A stretch of DNA of 64,000 bases from assembly GCA_963693365.1 (NCBI GenBank), contig CAVNZM010000009.1, positions 8,537,408 through 8,601,407 of the forward strand, read 5' to 3'. The DNA comes from Amoebidium appalachense (lineage: Eukaryota; Protista; Ichthyosporea). The position numbers were made by a program, and so were the translations under genes. Shown in pieces: positions 25,397 to 37,209 of the stretch. The number at the start of each line of letters is the position of its first letter. Within the stretch, counting starts at the first letter, position 1. The notes beneath the pieces were generated by a model, which made no database searches, was not told where the DNA came from, and worked only from the letters and a program-made list of their open reading frames with translations.

Positions 25397-26781
25397 GCTG
25401 ACCGGCGTAGGGAAAGATAGGGAGAATGAAAAGGAGTGAAAAGGAATATATAGCTGTAAGGCTGTGGATGCTAAACACAGAAGATGTGTTTGTAGCTTGC
25501 TGATCTGCTAAAAACTGTCGTGCTTATATACCTAAGCCTACCGATCTGAACCAATCAAAAATCGATCTAGTGATATGTGAAATCTGATCCGAGCCAATCA
25601 TAACTCGGTCTAGTGATCTGTGGTATCTGATGTTTTGACTGGCTAATAGGTGCCCGTGTGCGGGCAGCCAACCGCTAACTGCTAAAACACGAAATGAAGC
25701 CTACATGGTTATGTTGGTATCGAACACCCATCCTACGTGTTTACCCAGAAAAATATTTATGTCAATAATTTCCACAAATAAAACCAAATGATTATAAAAG
25801 TCTATACGCTAAATATAATTATCCTAAAGTTGAAATAGCAAACTACGTCGTGAGAAAGGAATGAGAAAGGAATGTAAGTTACTATATTTGGGAAAATACA
25901 AACGAGATTTGATTGGATGACATAATATTATATAGATTTTGACACAAACGACAATACGTGTGCGCGAGCTAAGTATGTCGATACGTACACAGATCTAAGA
26001 TGTTGTGTACACGGAAACAGAAAGGAAAGAAAGAAATGAAGAAAGGAAAAGGAAACAAACTACAACAACTAATAAACAAATACAAAACTCAACTTCTAAG
26101 TCTTGCTGAGAATCAAGTGAAGATGACATCCCCACTCAAGGGTTGGAAGTTGGGTTCTCGTGAAGTTTGTTGATGTGACTGTTGATGTTAATACTCTCAC
26201 ACATGTAGAAGCAGGTGCCGTGAAGTCACAGTCAAGTTTCCCCACTCGAGAAGACAATGGAGAAGACTTGAAGGTGCAAGCCGGGGAAGAAAACCAAAAC
26301 GGAAGAAGCACACAACGACGGTTGCCTCTGAAGACTCGGAAGATGACGGTAGCCAATGACGATATATAAATATATATAGAAGAAAACAACTAGTGTATGT
26401 GTGACGTGTTGGTGGCTAATGATTTATACTGGGGACCACCCAGATAAACACAAGGCATGAACATCTTGTGGATGATTATAGACTGTGGTCAACCATTAAG
26501 AAGGGGAATGAGCATCCCGAGGATAGAGACTGGCAGTCAACCAGCCGCAGCAAGATTTCTGGACGCCACCCAGTGAAGAATAAGGACGAATATAAATGAA
26601 AACCAATATATATGATGGTATATAAATAAACGACGGATGGTGGAGAAGAAATCCCCACTGAAGATGCACACACTGAAGATCGATGAAGACAGCAGTAGAC
26701 TTTCGTTGGGAGGTGTCTCTACACGGTGATGTGTAGACCACTGGCCAGTGCCCCAACCTACTTGAAGACCACTGTAGATGA

Positions 26782-26816
<35 letters not shown>

Positions 26817-26823
26817 GGCACAC

Positions 26824-29800
26824 TCAGTCACGAAGACTGAGTGAAGCACGGTGCTGCTCGTGGGAGGGCCCGGGGAGGGGCTTGGTGAAGATGTCAGCCA
26901 CGTTGTCTTTGCTGGACACGTAGGTGACGACCACATCCCCACTCTTGATGTAGTCCTTCGTGTTGTGGTACCGGACAGCAATGTGTTTGGTCCGGTGCTT
27001 GATGCTGTTGGTGTGCAGGAGGGCAATGGTGGACTGGTTGTCACAGTAGACGGGGATGGGGTCGGTCATCGGGTAGCCGAGTTCACGGAGGAGATCACGG
27101 TGCCAGATGACGTTTTGAACAGCAGCATTGATGGCCAGAGGCTCAGCCTCGGTGGTGGATGTTGCCGTGATGGACTGTAGCTTCGAATACCATGTGATGG
27201 GTATGCCCTTGAAGAAGATGACGTATCCGGTGGTTGAACGACGGGTGTTGGGGCAGTTGGCAAAGTCAGCATCAGAATAACACTCCAGCAAGGGGGTGTT
27301 GTCGTCGGAAGCAGACTTGTCGTAGTGAAGGCCGAGGTTGGAAGTGCCGATGAGGTACCGAACTACACGGAGCAGACATCCCCATGCAAGTTTGGTGGGG
27401 TTGGCACTGAATCTACCGAGGTAGCCGATGGCAAAGGAGATGTCGGGCCGGGAACAACGAGCAACCCACAAAAGACGGCCGAGTAGTTCACGGTAGGGAA
27501 CCTTGATGGGTGGTGAGTCGTTCTCGTTGATGGTGATGACGGTGCCGACGGGAATGGGAGTAGCCTTGGGGTGAGCATCGTTGAGGTTGAAGTCTCTGAC
27601 GATGTCGTTGATGTAGGATTGTTGAAGCAGCTTGAGGTGACCGGGGGTGTGGATGAGCTGGGTGCCAAGGAAGATGTCGGGGAGGTCAACCTTGCAGAGA
27701 GCTGACTTCATGATGTGGTCTACTAGATCCTTGGTGTGGGAAGAGTTGGCCGTGCAGATGATGATGACGTCGTCCACATAGTTGCCAGTGAGGATGATGT
27801 CACCGTTGGGGAAGGTCTTGATGTAGACACATGGATCTGAACGGAGACGTTCAAGACCATGAGCAAGGAGGACCTTGTCGAAGTACTCATACCAGGCCAG
27901 TGATGCTTGCTTGAGGCCGTAGAGTGCCTTCTTGAGTTTCCAGACCTTGTGCTCGTTGCCGGGGGTGATGAAGCCAGGTGGTGGCTCAATGTAGATGTCT
28001 TCTTGAAGAGGACTGTTGAGGAAGGCAGTTGAGACGTCGAGTTGGTGAATCTCATGGTTGCCGTCCACACCGATGGCAAGGAGGGCACGGACGGAGGAGG
28101 ACATCACCACGGGGGAAGAGTTGTCACCGTAGTCAACACCGTAGACTTGAATGAAGCCCTTTGCAACACCACGAGCTTTGATCTTGGTGTCACCGGCTGA
28201 GTTGAGGACTTTCTCAGTCACAATCCACTTGAACTTGATGATGTTGGCACCAGGGGGGGGATCAACAATGGTGAAGACATCCTTGGTGATGAAGGCTTGG
28301 TACTCGGAGGTGAGGGCAGCTATGACGGCATCACCGTTGGGACCGTTGCAAAGCTTTTGAATGCCCTTGGGGAGCTGGTCAATGTTGATGGTCGGTGCTA
28401 TGATGCTGACCAGTGCCGTTGGAGTCTTGGTGAGACGTGTAGACCGACGAAGGTTGGGCTTGGGGGGGTCCTTGAGGGGGGTGGTGGCCGGGGAGGTGGT
28501 GGAGGCCGGGACAGCCTGAGGGGCATGGAAGCCAGGAATAGGACCGGTGGTGAGGGGGGCATCGGTGTCCACAGGGCTGCTCGAGGCCGAGTGGAAGGTG
28601 GGGGACCCAGGACGAACCGGAGTCATGTAGCCGGGTTGATGCACAGCAACGGGGGGGGGCCGGCAGCAAGGGTTGTTGGCCAGTGGGGGGGGGGGCTCGG
28701 GGGAGGCACGGGTTCAACCGGGGCTGGTTGGTTGTGCCAGGACGGTTGGGAGATGACCACAGACGGAGTTTCATCGTCGTCGTCGGAGGTGGGTTCCAAT
28801 GTCGGCAGATCGGGTTTGGGGGGAACGGAGACCTGATTGGTGCTGCTCGTGAATTTTGACTCGTCGAAGATCACATCACGGCAGATCTTGATTTGGTTGC
28901 TGGCACGGTCAAGGATCTTGTGTGCCTTGGAGGGTAGGTCCCAGCCGACGTAGGTGCCGACTCTGACGGTTGATGCAAGCTTGTTCCTCTTTGACCGGGG
29001 AACATGCACATAGGCAGGGGAGCCGAACACGTGGAGCTGGGAGACGTCGGGTTTGAAGCCGTGGAAGGCCTCGAAGGGGGTGTTGCCGTTGGCAGCAGAT
29101 GACGGTGTGACGTTGATGATGTAGCCAGCATGCTTGAGAGCAGCAACCCACAACTTGGGAGAGAGAGGTTGGTCCTTGTCGGCATGGAGGAAGCAACGGA
29201 CTGTCTCTTGCAGTTCTCTCATCTTCCGTTCAACAACACCGTTGTGCTGTGGTGTGTCGACGGGGGCAAACTCCATGATGATGCCTTTCTGCTTGCAGTA
29301 GGCCTCGGTGTCCCTGGAGGTGAACTCAGAGCCGGAGTCAAACCGAAGATGGGTGACGATCTCAGGTGTCTGACGTTCGATGGTTTCAACGAGAGACTGA
29401 ATGTAGCTGAGGGTTTCACCACGGTTGTAAAGGGGGAACACGGTGGTGTAACCGGTGGCATCACAAACACACACCAGAGCAACCTTGTAGCCTCCGTAGG
29501 AAGCACAGGGAGCTTCGAAGAAGTCCAGGTGCCACTTAGCACCGGGAATGGTGAACTTGGAATGGGTGCCGGGAAAAGGGGCCTTGGTGGTCTTGCCAGA
29601 CATGCAGCCGAAGCAGTCACTGTTGTCGGGTGACTTGAGGGAGGGGGGCATGCCGATGACAAGCTCATCCTTGGCCATCCTGGTGACGGTGGAGAGGGCA
29701 CGGTGGCCGAGACGGTTGTGCCAAAGGGTGAGGTCGTCGGTTGGTTGAGTCCTTGCTGTGTAGGCTTGGACCCTCGGGTGTTTAGGAGTCTCAATCACAT

Positions 29801-31196
29801 AGTCAGTGATGTAGTAGAGACCGTCGAGGGGGGTGAGATCTGAAATGATGTCACCATTACGGCTGTAGAGGAACGACGGGTGGTTGTCTGTATCGTCACA
29901 ATGACCCAGGAGGCCGGCAGTTGAGGCCATGGAGGTAGACACGAGGAAAGACGGTGACTCGGGTACGTAGTAAGCATTGATGCTGCACGGGGTTGGGTGG
30001 CCGTTGTAGTGCAGTGTCATGTTGATGATGCCACGGTGTGTGGCATTGACGGTGCCGAGGCCGTGAATGGGGGTGGGAGGACACGGGGTAAGGGAGGAGA
30101 AATACTCCTTGATGGGGCAGATGTGTGCATTACAAGCACTGTCCCAGACGGGGTCGTCACTGTCGGGTGTGCCGGTGGAGGAGATGAGTGCAAATTTCAC
30201 ACTCTTGTTGCCTTTCTCCTGCTTGGCACGACGAGCAACAGCACAGCCAGGCCCCGGGCATGCTGTGATGTGGTGGGGCTCATGGCAGTAGGAACACTCC
30301 ACCTTCTTGGTGTTGTGCTGTCGGTTACGGTTGTCCCTGTTACCACGGTGGTAAGGGGAAGTTGAACGGGGGCCGGGTGACTTGGAGGAAGGACGAGGAT
30401 CACGGGAACGGGACGGGGAACGGTGAGGTGTATGCTCACGTCGAGGAATACGGTTACGGAGGTCACCGGGGGGAAGCACTCTGCTCTGGAGTGCACGGAG
30501 GGGACGGTTGTTGACGGTTGCACCAGTGCCTGCGTCGATGAGGCCGGCACGGATTTCAGCTCCTCGGATGTCACTGATGAGCTGGTTGAAGGACGGGTAG
30601 GCCTTGTTGTTCATCCAGTAGTCGGAGCAGAGACGTTCAATGTCGGAGCAGACCAGGGCCGTGTTCTTCCGGAGGTGAAGGAAGAACTTACGTACGACAT
30701 CCTTGTGCTGGACGGGCTCGTCGAGGCAGGCAAGTGTCGTAGCCAGACGTTGGAGACGGGTGAGGTATGCTGTGAGGTTGGGGTAGTCTCGTAGTTCAAG
30801 CTCCTCGAAGGTGACTTGAATCTGGGTGACTCGGGCCTCCTTCTCTGCTACATACGCCATACGTAGGTTGTGGAAGACTTCACCACCGTGGACACCGTCT
30901 TGCATCCGGCCGGAGTCGTAGAGCTTGGTCGGGTGGACGGACTGGTTGAGGATCTGGTCGAGGACGTCGGAAGCCTTCTTGTAGGAGTCCTTGGTGACGT
31001 AGCCTAGCAACTGGTTGGCGTCGGAGCCGTCAACCCACCGTGGCCTCTTGATAGCGTCAACGAATTTCTCGGCAATGGTTGTTCTAATGAACCGGTGAAT
31101 GAGTGGCTCCCACTCGAAATAATTAAGACGTTTCTCGTCTCTTTTCTCGGACGGATTCCATATTGGAAGGTTGATATACGACGGTTTGTCAGTCAT
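26824..31196 (-). CDS. Copia family 2 gag-pol (one apparent frameshift in G-runs at ~28650-28700)
   Basis: ORFs 28623-31346 and 26824-28644 are colinear with the family 1 polyprotein: CSYCHEPHHITAC, WDSACNAH, LWHNRLGH, RFDSGSEF, YVDD, YSDADFA, ADIFTK. ATG of MTDKPSY at 31196. Confidence 0.92.
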
Positions 31197-31271
31197 GATT
31201 GAAGCAGTAAGACTGAGAGATTTCGCGGTTGTAACGAGATTGTGTGTTAGCGTGCAAAGGGGCCGTAAACC

Positions 31272-32008
31272 TGTTGTTTTGTGTGGGTAAACGGAGAAGC
31301 AGAGAGCACAGATGGGTGTTATGATATACACAACACAGAGACACACGGGAAAAACACAACCGGAGAGGTGGAACGATTTCTGGAACCATAGGAAATGAAT
31401 ACGACTGCTTGAGATTTATTCCAAGATGAAGTCCCTTTTATACTTGGGAATGTGAAAACGATAAACCAATCAAAAGAACGAAAACTCTATTTTCCAATCA
31501 GAAAGACGAAAACTATGAGTGTAAAATATATTGATTAAAATGTCTGTCGACACATAGAATATAAAACTCAATCCTCTAATGAAAGAAACTTCTAATAAAA
31601 GCACGGAAACATTTAACAAAATGAAACCACTTATGTAACTATTAATTCATAACATACATTTATACATGTTCTTATCATAACACGTCTAAATATAATTATT
31701 CCTAATAGTTGGAGAACATAGCACAATGCTACGTCGTGAGAAAGGAATGAGAAAGGAATGTAAGTTACTATATTTGGGAAAATACAAACGAGATTTGATT
31801 GGATGACATATATAGATTTTGACACAAACGACAATACGTGTGCGCGAGCTAAGTATGTCGATACGTACACAGATCTAAGATGTCGTGTACACGGAAACAG
31901 AAAGGAAAGAAAGAAATGAAGAAAGGAAAAGGAAACAAACTACAACAACTAATAAACAAATACAAAACTCAACTTCTAAGTCTTGCTGAGAATCAAGTGA
32001 AGATGACA
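31272..32008 (-). repeat. 5' LTR of Copia family 2
   Basis: TG...CA termini on the minus strand; 31730-32008 is duplicated at ~25845-26128. Confidence 0.9.
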
Positions 32009-32380
32009 ATATCGGACACCCATCCTACGTGTTTACCCAGAAAAATATTTATGTCAATAATTTCCACAAATAAAACCTCTATGAAAACTACTCCGGAACG
32101 TGTGTTGCCTCTAGGGGGACATCCCCTGGAGAAAGTGAAACTGCAATGGTTGTACACCACGGCACGAGAGCAGTATGCTTGCTCCAAAGGTTTCACTTAA
32201 GAATAGAGGCGAATACACGTGTGGTAGTGGCAGCAATGGAGGCCGGGCGAAGTCGGGTCACGGTATAGCTCAGGAAACAGTCGGAGGACCATCTGCCGAG
32301 TTGTTTGATCCAGGAGTCGTCGACCCCGGCCTCAGCCAGTGCTGTGGCCCCCCTATGCGGAGGCTGTGGCAGGCAAACCG
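32009..32380 (-). mobile_element. Diverged Ngaro remnant (YR C-terminus, B1, start of A2)
   Basis: Aligns to 20821-21190 with several substitutions and indels; truncated at the Copia family 2 LTR. Confidence 0.88.
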
Positions 32381-32947
32381 TTCTGATTGCAGTGGCTTGG
32401 CAGCCACAAACTATATAGGTTGAAAAGGCCAGCTGAAGACATGTAGCACCCGGATGTGATGTTACAGCCCTTGGGCAACCATTCAGGATTTTCGCTCAGC
32501 TCATCCAGGAATTCTGAGACGCACTTCCGGGTGCACACGTGTTCGCCAATGACATCGTCCCAGCTGACAACCTCGTCCTCGCTCACATCTTGGGATTCTT
32601 GCTCCGGTGGCCTCTTGGGCTCTGTTTGGGGGAGAGGGGCCCACACCGTTTGCAGGGTGTCCGATTCGACTGTGGCCCTAATTCCCAAAATCGTCATCGT
32701 TTCGATCGCCACTTTCAAGCAATCTAGGGACGCAATATCGAACAGATGTACCCGAGGTCGATGGTTCGGACAGTAGGCTGATAGCACAGGACCTGCCCAA
32801 CGGCGGATTTCCATAGAGCGCGCTGATTTCGATGACTTCCGTGGCCGTCAGCAGGTCGATCCGTCCTGCGGGCGTGCGTACCTCAATGGTTCCACCTTCG
32901 AGCTTGGCCAGCCTATCCCTGACATATGACTCGTCGTAGGTAGCCAT
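32381..32947 (-). pseudogene. Frameshifted PD-(D/E)XK nuclease-like gene of a type seen in large DNA viruses and bacteria
   Basis: Joining three frames gives ESYVRDRLAKLEGGTIEVRTPAGRIDLLTATEVIEIx..ALWKSAVGQVLCYSAYCPNHRPRVHLFD, an E..D..ExK..GQ..Y restriction-endonuclease-like fold pattern. Family recognition is from memory. Confidence 0.7.
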
Positions 32948-33133
32948 CACTTACAACACAAGAAAATAAAAATCACCCCTAGTCGATTGTTGGTTGCCAG
33001 TGGGTGGCTGGGGGTGGCTGGGAGGGGCCTGTGTGTACTGGGGGTGGCTGGGAGGGGCCTGTGTGCACCGGTGCCCCGTCAGCCACGCGTGCCTCCTGTG
33101 CCTCGCGTGCCGCGCATGCCCCCGGGCCCCGGG

Positions 33134-33393
33134 CTAGTTTCGGGTCCGAATCGGGCTCCCCGGTTCTTTGGTGTGCAGCCGCATGTGCCGCTTGAGGCTC
33201 AAGGCATACCGAAACGACGCCCGCACCCCGCATGCGCGCACACGTGCCGCAGAATACCCGCATGCCTGTCGCTGTGCGCCGCGAAGTTGCTGTTGCGGGT
33301 GGTGGAATAGCCGCAACCGTCGACTGTGCACCAATACACCTTGTACGGGCGGACCATGATGCCTTGGGGGGTCTTGCACGTACACAGATACAT
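33134..33393 (-). pseudogene. Small two-finger C2H2 zinc-finger gene with one frameshift
   Basis: CTVDGCGYSTTRNSNFAAHSDRH followed by CAHAGCGRRFG / SLKRHMRLHT across ORFs 33199-33426 and 33134-33385. Confidence 0.75.
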
Positions 33394-33823
33394 GGTGTTA
33401 TTGAGAGGGGAGAAAATAATTTCCAACGGCTACTGCTGCTCCGGGCTGTCCTGGGGCCGTGCGTGCCTGGCGTGCCACCCCCAGCCCCCCAAGCCCCGCG
33501 CTAGTTTTGGGTCGGGCTATCGGGTTCCGTGGTCCTGCGAGCCCGCTGCGTCTCGCCGGCCGTGCATGCCTCGCGTGCCTCACGTGCCCCCGCGCGCAGG
33601 CCTTTGTCGATGTGCTGTAAGTATAATACAGAGTACCTACTCCCATGCCAAAGATTATTACACCCGGGCCGACTGGCCCAAGGGTGTAACCGGTGGCTAC
33701 TGTGGCTAGTGTGTCCACTGATTCCCCGTTCATCCCCAAACCGGAGATCTCCCTAGCAACAGCCAATCAAAAGCCGCCAAACACAACCCCCGCCAACGGT
33801 TTGAGGGGCTAGTAAACCCTAGG

Positions 33824-33991
33824 TGCACTGAATTCAAGTTGCACTGAATTGAATCATGAGCACTGGCGACGCCGACGAGCTTCACTGAATTCGATGCACT
33901 GAATCATCATGTGCCGGCCCGGGTTCGCGCCCCCGCCCGCGCCGGTCGGTTTCAGTGCCCGGAAAGCGATTCAGTGCACCCAATCAGTGCA
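33824..33991. repeat. Cluster of TGCACTGAAT motifs, direct then inverted around a GC-rich core
   Basis: Forward copies at 33824, 33840, 33881 (variant) and 33895. Reverse copies near 33950, 33969 and 33982. Confidence 0.75.
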
Positions 33992-34226
33992 TCATACCCC
34001 CCACCCCAGGACATGCAGTACAGCCCCTCAAAACCGTTGCCGATTTGGAATTCAAAAGCACGACACTATCAGATCCCACCATCGTGCCCTCGGATTTACC
34101 CATTCCCCTATTCCTGTTTTACCCCCCCCCCCCCCCCCCCCCCGCCCTCCCTGTTGGAAGATGGTATCGTTATCCAGTCCGATCGCATGAATCAGATCAT
34201 GATCGGCTGGTGGCCGCGGATCTAAC

Positions 34227-34290
34227 CGATTCGTAGCTCAGTTGGTAGAGAACTCGACCGGAGATGCGGGGTTCAAATCCCGTCGGGACA
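34227..34290 (+). pseudogene. tRNA-derived sequence (pseudo-tRNA or SINE head)
   Basis: A-box TAGCTCAGTTGGTAGAG at 34234 and B-box GGTTCAAATCC at 34270. The anticodon arm is shortened and the acceptor stem is imperfect. Confidence 0.65.
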
Positions 34291-35589
34291 TCTGATCCTT
34301 CTGGCTGGGGTAAGCCAGACGCCACTGCGTCACCAACCACGGAGTGGTTAGTGTGATCGCAAGGCACAAGACGCTAGTCTCTGCAAACAAAATCCAACAT
34401 GGTAGCATAGAACAGGGGAGTGGGGACTGAGGGGGAGGGCGCCCGCGGTCTAGTGGTCAAAGGCGCGGACCCGCGCAGGGTCCGACTCGACATGCTAACA
34501 CGTGTCGATTCGCTGCCCCAAGGAGTTCCACAAACAAATATGTGCAGTGAGTTCCGGCCGACGTCATGAACAGCACGTCCTCTGACGTCCAGTCATCCGG
34601 TCCAACGTCAGTGGGAGACCAATGGATCATAGGCCACGGTTCGGTAGCGTCGGACAACGGGTTTCCCTAGTAAGCTATGTTTATCTGTTGCCGAGTCTGC
34701 GTCATTACTCAATGAGCGCCGGTCCGTTCTCGCCGAGATGGACTGCCACCTGTGACGTCACTGGCAGGCAGCATGTTGGGCCGCGGCCCTTTCACCACAC
34801 CCGAGCGGTCCACGAGAAGCGCACACCCCCAAATCGCGGCCTGCTCGGCCTCCGCCACTGCCCCGAGAAGTAGCGCGAGTACCAAGGTGTCGGCAGATCT
34901 CATGGTGGCGATCTAGAAGCAAGGTCCGCGGGGAGCCACGCTGGTAGCAGCGTTAGTGACTGACGCTTTGGTCCATAGCGATAGGCGGCCAGGAGATCTC
35001 TGAGTATGGTATAAGACCGAGGCAGAACGCGCTTCTTGTAAGGTACTGTGGCGTGAGTAATGTGTAATGTAATTGGTTGAAATATGAATCTCATCGTTCT
35101 ACCATGGCTGGCTGTCTATAGACTCCGGGCACAGAATTCAGTAGGTAAAAACCTCGGTCCTTCGTGGGCTGGCACCCACTACATCGGCGGTAATGAATAA
35201 GACCCTCCTAAAGGAGAAAAATAAAAAAATAACATGGGACTGGGGCTCCCCCCACGCTCGATTGTCTGAGTGGGGAGTGGAAGGGACTTGCCGTGGACAG
35301 TCTGGGGCCCAGCCCCGGCCTACTGCGTTTCCAGCGCAGCCAATCAAATGCAGCTGGGAATATACATGCTAAGCAACAGCTAGCGCAACGACAACCCATA
35401 CATATTATGAAAAGCAGAGGCTAGCATGGGTAGCTCCGAAAGAAAGTTAAGACACCGTATCACAATATCTACTGTCACGGTGCAGCATTAATAAGGTGAT
35501 CTATAATAGTCATTTTGAAACAAATATATTGAGGAAGGGAGGCGGCAAAGATAATAAAACCGCCCATAACCTCCGGTTCTATTACGTAG

Positions 35590-36060
35590 CTAACAGGTCA
35601 CACTATTGATAGATATGCATCCACGAGTAAACCGCCCCCCACACATAATACACAAGAGCAGGAGAACCAGGAACCATACACCGCCACGACATGATCACTG
35701 TGGGTTACACCAACCACAAGAAACGAAATAGAAGAGACTCCTAACCGTATCCGCCAATATGCTACTAGCAGTTGTGTTTGCGGTCCTAACATAGGGAGGG
35801 ACACCGGAGTAAAAAGATATCTATCAGCCATAGACCGAAAACCCAGTCACACATGATCTAACCGACCTCCGGTGGGGGCAGCCCCCGCGTACGTCGACAA
35901 CGGGCAGAGACACGGTGGACGGGAAGAGGTAGAAGGGCGAGTCTGGTGGGGATGCGTGTAGCCGGAACAGTGGATGGTCTGGGGCACAGGCGGACAGGCG
36001 GGTGATGTGCTGGTGAAATTTAAGGGTTAATTCGTGTATGCGTGTGAGGTGGTGTGAGGG
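35590..36060 (-). pseudogene. Remnant of a related LINE (post-RT region)
   Basis: TRIHELTLKFHQHITRLSACAPDHPLF aligns with ARVSYLALKFNKHISRLKKYLPSHPLF of the LINE at ~9000. Confidence 0.6.
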
Positions 36061-36469
36061 CATATAGAGAATCGAAAGGGCGCCCGCTCACCCGCGGCGG
36101 GGCCCCCCGGGCGCCGGGGTCCCCCAGAGGGCGGGTCCCCACAGACGCGGGGCCCGGTCCCCGGGTCCCCGGGTCCCCCGGGGGAGGGCCCGGCCCGGGC
36201 CCGGCCCTTAGAAAAAAACCAGCAGCGACCCAAAAAGGACGGAGGGAAAGAGAAAAAAATGATCTAAGGGCACAAGGTTGAGGGAAAAATAAGATAACGG
36301 GGAGGCGGGAGGGGGAAGGGGAGGAGGCCGAGGATTCAGAGGGGGGACTGTGCCTTCCCTATTGTTTTAGTTTATAAATAAGCTGTGCACAAGATTTTTT
36401 TAAGCCCATCAAAGAGATATTTTCTTCTCTGATTAGCTTGATGTCCTCTGGAAGCTACAGAGATAGGTT

Positions 36470-36542
<73 letters not shown>

Positions 36543-37178
36543 GGGGGGGTTTGTGTGTGTGTAATGTGCGTCGTGGGGGGGGGGGGGGGGGTGTGTGTGT
36601 GTGCGCGGGGGTGTGACGGCTAAGAAAGAGGAAAGGTTTACTTTATTATGGGCCCACACGGTCCAGTACTAGTGGCAAGGTGCTCGGACACGTGTCCCTG
36701 GCTCTATGCGCCTTTCTGTGCAAAATTGTATTATCTTGTGTAATTGAGATGTGTCTTGCAGAATGTTTTGTGTGTGATATGTGTGTGTGTGCACGGTGTG
36801 ATCACAATGTGTCTGTGTGCGTGTGCGTATCTTTTGTGTTTGGGTGTGTGTGTGTGTGTGTGTGTGTGTGTCCGTGTCACGTGATGTGTGTGTGTGCCCA
36901 CCCCCCCCCCCAAAACCCCCCCCCCCCCCCCCCTCCCCCCCCCACCCCCCCCCCCCCCCACCCCCAAAAAAACAAAAAAAAGCCCGCAGCAGAGACAGGG
37001 GGGGGAGGGGGGGAGGGGGGGGGGGGGAGGAATTAGGGTGTGTTGTGTGTGTGTGTGTGTGGTGTGTGTGTGTGTGTGAAGTGTGTGTATGAATTGTGTG
37101 TGTGTGTGTGGCTGACGGTGCAAGGGGTGTGGTGTGTCCCCCCTGTCCTGTGGGTCCTTTTCTGGGTGGATTTTTTTT

Positions 37179-37209
<31 letters not shown>

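Larger units (their letters stand above)
20321..25785 (-). mobile_element. Ngaro-type tyrosine-recombinase retrotransposon, copy 1
   Basis: Split direct repeats A1 25437-25785, B1 20889-20978, A2 20540-20888 and B2 20321-20409. Gag, RT/RNase H and YR ORFs. Reverse complement of 40813-46256. Confidence 0.93.
25786..32008 (-). mobile_element. Ty1/Copia LTR retrotransposon (family 2); 3' LTR interrupted by Ngaro copy 1
   Basis: 5' LTR 31272-32008 (TGTCATCTTC...ACAACA). PBS 31259-31271. PPT motif 26129-26140. The 3' LTR starts at 26128 and matches the 5' LTR leftward to ~25790; LTR sequence ATAAAAGCACGGAAACAT resumes at ~20301-20318. Confidence 0.92.

Noticed and set aside
20321-25785. Classification as a DIRS1-type element
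   Set aside because: The termini are split direct repeats rather than inverted repeats with an internal complementary region, and no methyltransferase domain follows RNase H.
28620-28700. Programmed frameshift between integrase and RT in Copia family 2
   Set aside because: It falls in G homopolymers and the homologous family 1 ORF is continuous; a sequencing error or private mutation is more likely.
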